A stretch of 64,000 nt of DNA from positions 14,620 to 78,619 of the forward strand of contig JAZURI010000005.1 in assembly GCA_045606105.1 (NCBI GenBank), in the 5' to 3' direction. The notes under the pieces are model-generated. The model did no database searches and had not been told where the DNA came from. It was given only the letters and a program-made list of their open reading frames with translations. Numbering within the stretch: position 1 is the first letter of the stretch; every line of letters starts with the position of its first letter. Position numbers and translations under genes: made by a program. Shown here piece after piece: positions 58,358-64,000 of this stretch. The DNA comes from Spirochaetia bacterium. Its GTDB lineage: Bacteria; Spirochaetota; Spirochaetia; CADAEX01.

Positions 58358-59170
58358 TTATTTTCCGATAACTGATTTTTCTTCATTGAACCATTTCATA
58401 TCGATCTTTGTCATGGTTCCGTCTTTAACCATTTCCTCGAGAGCTTCCTGAACTGCATCTCTGAGTGCGATGTCGCCCTTGCGGAAGCCGATTCCGTACT
58501 GCTCGGAAGCTACGCTTTCTGAAAGGATAACAAATGGCTTATTATTTTTTGTAATTGCCTGCTGAGCAACACCGATGTCCATGAGAACACCGTCAACTCC
58601 GCCGATTTCAAGGTCCATGAGTGCTGTAAGGTTATCCTTGAACTCAACTACTGTCTTGATTGTCTTCTTGAATTCTTCAGCTCCTTCAAGGGCATCTGCT
58701 GCGCTTGATCCGGCCTGGAGACCCAGCTTCTTGCCGTTCATGTCTGCAAGTGACTTGATCTTTGAACCCTTCTTTACAACTACAACCTGTGAATTATCTA
58801 CATAAGGCTCTGTGAATGAGAGTGCCTCAAGTCTTTCAGGGGTGATTGTGAAACCGTTCCAGATACAGTCAATCTTTTCTGTATTGAGCTCCTGCTCCTT
58901 TGAGTTCCAGTCGATAGGCTGACAGATAAGCTCTACACCGATGCGTTCACAAACAGCCTTTGCAAGGTCGATGTCATATCCTACGATGTTCTGGTTTTCA
59001 TCTCTGAAGCCGTAAGGTGGGAATGAATCGTCAAGACCGAGAATAAATGTTCCTCTTTCCTGGATCTTTGCAAGGGAAAGATCTTCTCCTCCCTCTTTTG
59101 AACCTGATGCAACAGCAAATGTAGCTGCACAGAAAAGCAGAAGTACTGCAATAATTGTTATTTTTTTCAA
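58358..59170 (-). CDS. Polar amino acid ABC transporter substrate-binding protein; likely start TTG 59170
   Basis: GLDDSFPPYGF, GYDIDLA, IT.ER...FT.PY, EQYGIGFRK; AAGGAG RBS. Confidence 0.92.
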   Translation of the reverse strand: MKKITIIAVLLLFCAATFAVASGSKEGGEDLSLAKIQERGTFILGLDDSFPPYGFRDENQNIVGYDIDLAKAVCERIGVELICQPIDWNSKEQELNTEKIDCIWNGFTITPERLEALSFTEPYVDNSQVVVVKKGSKIKSLADMNGKKLGLQAGSSAADALEGAEEFKKTIKTVVEFKDNLTALMDLEIGGVDGVLMDIGVAQQAITKNNKPFVILSESVASEQYGIGFRKGDIALRDAVQEALEEMVKDGTMTKIDMKWFNEEKSVIGK

Positions 59171-59274
59171 TTTATTTCTCCTTTCTTCAATCATAGAGCA
59201 ATTTATTCATAATATCAACAAATTGCTGTTATTTTTTGCTTAAATTTTAAAAGCTTATATTGTATAATTGAAAT

Positions 59275-61980
59275 ATGAAGACTTTTTTTATTCTTGACGG
59301 CTACAGCCTTATCTATAAATCCTATTTTGCATTCATAAGAACACCCATGAAGAATCCGGCCGGGGAGAACAGTTCTGCGGTTTTCGGCTTTTTCAGGACA
59401 CTGTTCAGTTTTTTCGACAAATACAGACCCGAATATTTTTTAGTGGCCCTGGATTCCCTTACTCCCACCTTCAGACATGAGATGTATCCTGAATACAAGG
59501 CCACCAGGGACAAGACTCCAGACGATCTCCATGCTCAGATTCCGAGAATCGAGGCCATACTGAAGGCCATGAACATAGGAATGCTCCGGGTAAACGGCTA
59601 TGAAGCGGACGATATCATTGCAACCCTGGCTTCCGCCTGCGGGGAAAAGGAGTTTGAATGCCGTATCATCACCGGGGACAAGGATCTTCTTCAGCTGGTT
59701 TCGGGATGCACCAAGGTCATCAGGAGCAGCAAGGATGAGTACAGGGAGTTTGACAGGACCCTGGTTGCGGAGGAATGGGGAGTGGAGCCGGAAAAGATAC
59801 TGGATTATCTGGCCCTCTGCGGCGATACTGCCGACAACATTCCGGGAGTCAGGGGAATAGGCCCGAAATCGGCAGTTTCCCTTATCAACGAATACGGCGG
59901 CATAGAAGGAATCTATGAAAATCTCGATAAAATAAAGGGTGCCGCCAGGACAAAGCTGGAAACAGACCGGGAAAACTGCTTCCTCAGCAGAAGGCTTGCG
60001 GAGCTGAACCGCCAGGTGCCGGTAGAATGCTCTCCGGAGGATTTCCCGGTTTCCGCCCTTGACTACAGGGCAGCTGTTCCCCTTCTTCAGCAGGAGGGAA
60101 TAAAAAGTGCGGTAAAATGGCTGGAAACAAGGGCTGCAGAACAGGGTACGGATGCTCCGGCCGCCGGACCGGAGGTTCAGGCAGAAGCGGAGATCCCGGC
60201 AGCCCGGGGAACCTATACAGCCGTAACGGAGCTGCATCAGCTGGATGCCCTCCTGGAAGAGATAAAAAAAGGGGGAATCTATGCCTTCGACCTGGAAACC
60301 GACAGCCTGGATGTGATAACAAACCGCCCCGTGGGCTTCTCCTTTGCGGTAAAGGGGGGCGAAGGCTTCTACATTCCGGTAAGATGTCAGGGAAAAAGCT
60401 ATATTCCGGAAGAAATAATCAGGAACAAGCTCCGTTCCGTCATCGAGAATCCGGAGCTGAAAGCCATAGGACAGAATATAAAGTTCGATTATCAGGTACT
60501 CAGGAGATGGGGACTGAAGCCGGCAAACATCTGGTTCGATACCATGGTTGCAGCCTGGCTGGCAGACCTGAAGATCTCCAACTACGGCATGGATTACCTT
60601 GCCGACCATTATTTCGGGTACAGGACAATCAGGTACAGCGAGGTGGTACCTAAGGACAAGACCTTTGAGGATGTACCGCTGGAGCAGGCAACCGAATATG
60701 CGGCAGAGGATGCGGACATCACCTTCCGCCTGTATGAGAAGCTCCTTCCCATGGTACAGAAATATGAAAAGCTCTTCTTTGAGGTGGAGATGCCGCTGGT
60801 TACCATCCTGGGAGATATGGAGCTGGAGGGAATCCGTATAGAAAAGCGGGTTCTTGAAAGATACTCCGCCGAGCTGGAGAATAAGCTGGGAGAGGTTGAG
60901 CAGGAAATATTCCGGGAATGCGGCCGGGAGTTCAACATCAACTCCACACAGCAGCTGCAGGAAATCCTTTTTACCGAACGGAAGCTTAAGCCTGTGAAGA
61001 AGACCAAGACCGGATATTCCACCGATACCTCCGTACTGGAGGAGCTGGCTGCCGAGGATATAGTTCCGGAGCTGATACTGAAATACAGGTCCCTGGCCAA
61101 GCTGAAATCCACCTATGTGGATGCCCTTCCCCTCCTTACCGACAGCAGCTCCAGGCTCCATACCACATTCCGCCAGACAGGCACCGCCACCGGGCGGCTT
61201 TCCAGTATAAATCCAAACCTTCAGAACATTCCGGTTAGGGACGAGGAGGGAAGGCGCATCAGGAAAGCCTTTACAGCCAGGGCGGGAATGAAGTTCCTCA
61301 GTGCCGACTATGCCCAGATCGAGCTGGTGGTGCTGGCCCATCTGTCGGGAGATCCGGAGCTGGTAAAGGCTTTCACGGAAGGAACCGATGTACACCGTCT
61401 TACCGCATCCCTGATCTTCGGAGTATCGCCGGAGGAGGTAACCCCGGACCAGAGAAGGACTGCCAAGGTCATCAATTTCGGCGTTATCTACGGAATGTCA
61501 GCCTTCAGGCTTTCCAAGGAGCTGGGAATCCCGGTACAGAAAGCATCCGGCTTCATCAATCTCTATTTTGAAAAATATGCGGGAATCAGAAGCTTCATAG
61601 AGGAAACCCTGAAGCAGGCCCGGGAATTTGAAACAGTGAAGACAATCCTGGGCAGGGAACGTTTCGTGGATGCCATAAACAGTAGCAACCATAATGAAAG
61701 AAGCGGTGCCGAAAGAATCGCTTTCAACTCCCCTATCCAGGGCTCTGCCGCAGATATCGTGAAAATGGCAATGATAAACATATCGAAACGGATCAGAAAG
61801 GAGAGTCTTGATGCGGTGATGGTGCTTCAGATTCATGACGAGCTGATTTTTGAGGCACCGGAAAGGGAAATCGCCACATTGAAGGATATTGTCAGGGAAG
61901 AGATGGAAAATGTCATAAAGCTGAGAGTTCCGCTCAGGGTAAGTATAGAAACAGCTGACAGCTGGGGAGACATGCACTGA
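59275..61980 (+). CDS. polA: DNA polymerase I
   Basis: YKATR, YEADD, DLET, TATGRLSS.NPNLQNIP, ADYAQIEL, INFGVIYG, QIHDEL. Confidence 0.98.
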   Translation: MKTFFILDGYSLIYKSYFAFIRTPMKNPAGENSSAVFGFFRTLFSFFDKYRPEYFLVALDSLTPTFRHEMYPEYKATRDKTPDDLHAQIPRIEAILKAMNIGMLRVNGYEADDIIATLASACGEKEFECRIITGDKDLLQLVSGCTKVIRSSKDEYREFDRTLVAEEWGVEPEKILDYLALCGDTADNIPGVRGIGPKSAVSLINEYGGIEGIYENLDKIKGAARTKLETDRENCFLSRRLAELNRQVPVECSPEDFPVSALDYRAAVPLLQQEGIKSAVKWLETRAAEQGTDAPAAGPEVQAEAEIPAARGTYTAVTELHQLDALLEEIKKGGIYAFDLETDSLDVITNRPVGFSFAVKGGEGFYIPVRCQGKSYIPEEIIRNKLRSVIENPELKAIGQNIKFDYQVLRRWGLKPANIWFDTMVAAWLADLKISNYGMDYLADHYFGYRTIRYSEVVPKDKTFEDVPLEQATEYAAEDADITFRLYEKLLPMVQKYEKLFFEVEMPLVTILGDMELEGIRIEKRVLERYSAELENKLGEVEQEIFRECGREFNINSTQQLQEILFTERKLKPVKKTKTGYSTDTSVLEELAAEDIVPELILKYRSLAKLKSTYVDALPLLTDSSSRLHTTFRQTGTATGRLSSINPNLQNIPVRDEEGRRIRKAFTARAGMKFLSADYAQIELVVLAHLSGDPELVKAFTEGTDVHRLTASLIFGVSPEEVTPDQRRTAKVINFGVIYGMSAFRLSKELGIPVQKASGFINLYFEKYAGIRSFIEETLKQAREFETVKTILGRERFVDAINSSNHNERSGAERIAFNSPIQGSAADIVKMAMINISKRIRKESLDAVMVLQIHDELIFEAPEREIATLKDIVREEMENVIKLRVPLRVSIETADSWGDMH

Positions 61981-62552
61981 TGGTTGTGGGAGTTGCAGGC
62001 AAGTATTGTGCCGGAAAGAACAGCGTTATATTTCCGCTGGAAAAAATGGGTTTTTATCATGTGGATGTGGACAAGCTGGGACATGCGGCTCTGCTAAATC
62101 AACGTGAAAAGCTTATAGAGACCTTCGGAAAGGGAATAGACAAAGGGGACGGAACCATTGACAGGAAAGCCCTGGGAGCCATCGTTTTTGCCGATCCCGA
62201 TGCAAAAAGAAAGCTGGAAGGAATAGTTCATCCCGAAATGATAAGGATGACCGAGAAATTCATTGAGGAAAAGAAAAATGTCATCGTGAATGCAGCTATT
62301 CTCTTCGAAATGAAACTGGACCGCCTCTGCGATCTGGTTTTCTGGGTGGATGCCCCTGCAATCATCCGTTTTTTCAGAGGAATCAGACGGGATAATCTGC
62401 CGGGAAAGGAAGTTTTTAAAAGAATCCGCGCTCAAAGCAACATGAATCCTAAAAAATATAAATCTTCTGCCGATATAATAATTATAAGGAATGTCGGCAG
62501 CAGGGAAAAAACTGCTGTAAAAATAGAAAATATACTGAAAAAAAGGATGTAG
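61980..62552 (+). CDS. coaE: Dephospho-CoA kinase
   Basis: G...AGK, DVD.LGH, IDRKALG.IVF, LEGIVHP. Confidence 0.9.
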   Translation: MVVGVAGKYCAGKNSVIFPLEKMGFYHVDVDKLGHAALLNQREKLIETFGKGIDKGDGTIDRKALGAIVFADPDAKRKLEGIVHPEMIRMTEKFIEEKKNVIVNAAILFEMKLDRLCDLVFWVDAPAIIRFFRGIRRDNLPGKEVFKRIRAQSNMNPKKYKSSADIIIIRNVGSREKTAVKIENILKKRM

Positions 62553-62554
62553 GT

Positions 62555-63211
62555 ATGGAACAGCAGAAATTTTTATGGACAATTCTGTCAATTGCAGTAC
62601 TGATTCTTGTTCTTCTGGGAGCCGGATTGTTTATATTCCTCCCTTCCGATAATACTATTGCGGCACAGGATAAAAACTACAAGCCTGTGGAATGGCCTGA
62701 GCCTGATACCGTAAAGAGTCAGCCCAAGGAAGAACCTAAGGCCATGGCCCTCATAAAGGTTCCTGAGCCTGAGAAAAAAGAGGCAGCTCCTCTTATCATC
62801 CCGCCAAAGGCTGAAAGCAAGGAAGCAAAGCCTGCCGCCAAGACAAAGCTTGAGGTAAAGCAGCCGGAAAAGAAGGTTGTCCAGACCAAGCCTGCGGAAA
62901 CCAAAAAGCCAGCAGTCCAGACCAAGCCTGCAACACAGACAAAACCGGCGGTACAGCCAACAGCTCCGGCCTCCGGAGTACAGTTCTGGATCCAGGTAGG
63001 ATCGTTCTCTGCTCAGCAGAATGCCGAAAATGTCAAGAAAAGCCTGGAGGAAAAGGGCTTCAAGGCAGTGGTACAGAGTGTGGCAGCAGACGGAAAAAGC
63101 CTCCACAAGGTAAAGGCCGGCCCTTTTGCAACAAAGGCAGAGGCTGAAAAGCAGCTTCCGGGCGTAAAGGCAATCAAAGGCTTTGAAAAGAGCTATATCA
63201 CAACAAAATAA
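62555..63211 (+). CDS. SPOR domain cell-division protein
   Basis: N-terminal TM, K/P/A-rich linker, WIQVGSFS..NAE, VKAGPF. Confidence 0.9.
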   Translation: MEQQKFLWTILSIAVLILVLLGAGLFIFLPSDNTIAAQDKNYKPVEWPEPDTVKSQPKEEPKAMALIKVPEPEKKEAAPLIIPPKAESKEAKPAAKTKLEVKQPEKKVVQTKPAETKKPAVQTKPATQTKPAVQPTAPASGVQFWIQVGSFSAQQNAENVKKSLEEKGFKAVVQSVAADGKSLHKVKAGPFATKAEAEKQLPGVKAIKGFEKSYITTK

Positions 63212-63219
63212 AAGCGCAG

Positions 63220-63573
63220 ATGTACAGCAATCTTGATGAACTGTTCCTGCAGCTGGGAAAATCAGATTTCAGAAGCAGCTTCCGCCTGAGAAGACGGGAG
63301 CTTGCATATTTTCAGGAAAAGGGAATAGAAACCATAATGCAGCATGCAGCCGATCTTCTGGCTGTCAGGCTTTTTCCTGCAGATATTCCCAATGACGGGA
63401 AACAGACTCCCATGAAAAATCATCCTGTATTCATAGCCCAGCACGCCACCGGCTGCTGCTGTCGCGGCTGTCTTGAAAAATGGCACCGCATACCCAAAGG
63501 AAGAGCTCTTACAGAAGAGGAACAGAAGTATGTCCTTTCCGTGATCAGGGCCTGGCTGGAGAGAATTCGGTAA
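63220..63573 (+). CDS. DUF4186 family protein
   Basis: S.FRSSF.L, NDGKQTPM..HPVFIAQHAT.CCCRGCLEKWH. Confidence 0.9.
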   Translation: MYSNLDELFLQLGKSDFRSSFRLRRRELAYFQEKGIETIMQHAADLLAVRLFPADIPNDGKQTPMKNHPVFIAQHATGCCCRGCLEKWHRIPKGRALTEEEQKYVLSVIRAWLERIR

Positions 63574-63582
63574 TGTCCTGTT

Positions 63583-63807
63583 TCAGAGCGCCGCTATCTG
63601 TTCAGGAGTGAGACCTGTAATTTTTGATATGATTTCTGACGGAATGTTCTCGGTTTTCATGCCTCGGGCAGCCTGTTCGAGCCCTTGTTCCAGTCCCTTC
63701 TCAAGGCCTGTGTCATAAGAGGCAAGAAGTCCCGACTGGTAATCAAGCTCCCCCTTTATCCGGCTTTCCTGTATGGCCCATTCCTTCAGATCCTTGCTTA
63801 TGTTCAT
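63583..63807 (-). CDS. Putative internally initiated small Rpn C-terminal protein (RpnS-like, 74 aa)
   Basis: In-frame ATG at 63807 preceded by GGAGG at 7-nt spacing (CGGAGGAATACTGATG). Confidence 0.55.
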   Translation of the reverse strand: MNISKDLKEWAIQESRIKGELDYQSGLLASYDTGLEKGLEQGLEQAARGMKTENIPSEIISKITGLTPEQIAAL

Positions 63808-64000
63808 CAGTATTCCTCCGGTTTTCATTATTTCCGGACTGCTTTCCATTATGCTGTTAAGGATATCCCTTTTTGTCCTGTCAGTTCCGTCTCTTAAAAA
63901 TATAACCCATTTCTCCAGTTCAGACAAGTTTTTTATCTCCCTCTCTCCTATCTCCACCAGAGGCATCTGTATGAAGATTATCTGAAGCCTGTCGGTCAGC
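63583..64000 (-). CDS. Rpn family PD-(D/E)XK nuclease (putative transposase), C-terminal part; runs off the window end
   Basis: Frame open to the window edge: LTDRLQIIFIQMP, LEKWVIFL, GLEKGLEQG, ARGMK...I.KITGLT.EQI. Confidence 0.85.
   Translation of the reverse strand, partial: LTDRLQIIFIQMPLVEIGEREIKNLSELEKWVIFLRDGTDRTKRDILNSIMESSPEIMKTGGILMNISKDLKEWAIQESRIKGELDYQSGLLASYDTGLEKGLEQGLEQAARGMKTENIPSEIISKITGLTPEQIAAL

Noticed and set aside
59195-59230. Possible ARG box upstream of the amino-acid ABC operon (ATGAATAAATTGC)
   Set aside because: Only one half-site matches; insufficient support
59440-61395. 651-aa ORF antisense to polA
   Set aside because: Shadow frame of a conserved gene; no RBS or recognisable motifs; explained by codon bias
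62820-62965. Imperfect repeats CAGACCAAGCCTGC
   Set aside because: Encode the TKPA low-complexity linker of the SPOR protein

Overview
Gene-dense bacterial chromosome segment, most likely from a spirochaete (Spirochaetia). The basis is gene order: rpoN-hpf-hprK-ptsH-lexA-holA and polA-coaE-SPOR. Most of the window is housekeeping or metabolic (pyc, pyrC, murD, his genes, argJ, thyA/folA, uvrC, prs, an amino-acid ABC transporter, polA). The main accessory element is a visibly AT-rich type V-A CRISPR-Cas island on the minus strand (2865-11002): cas12a, an extra Bro-N-family gene, cas4, cas1, cas2, a leader and 24 repeats/23 spacers. It has several unusual properties. (1) A Bro-N antirepressor-like gene overlaps both cas12a and cas4. 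(2) The cas operon has no intergenic promoter space and sits directly behind a host nfeD-SPFH operon, whose SPFH gene has an in-frame amber stop. (3) Cas12a appears to lack both canonical PAM-reading lysines. (4) The leader holds a crRNA-handle mimic hairpin with compensatory base changes. (5) Three spacer pairs differ by exactly one base. (6) The perfect trailer repeat supplies the stop codon of the host ycgN gene. Other signals are many apparently leaderless genes, a candidate ~210-nt sRNA, an M6 protease with an internal lipobox, and an Rpn gene with an internal RBS/ATG (RpnS-like). All calls come from motif recognition by eye; no database searches were run.
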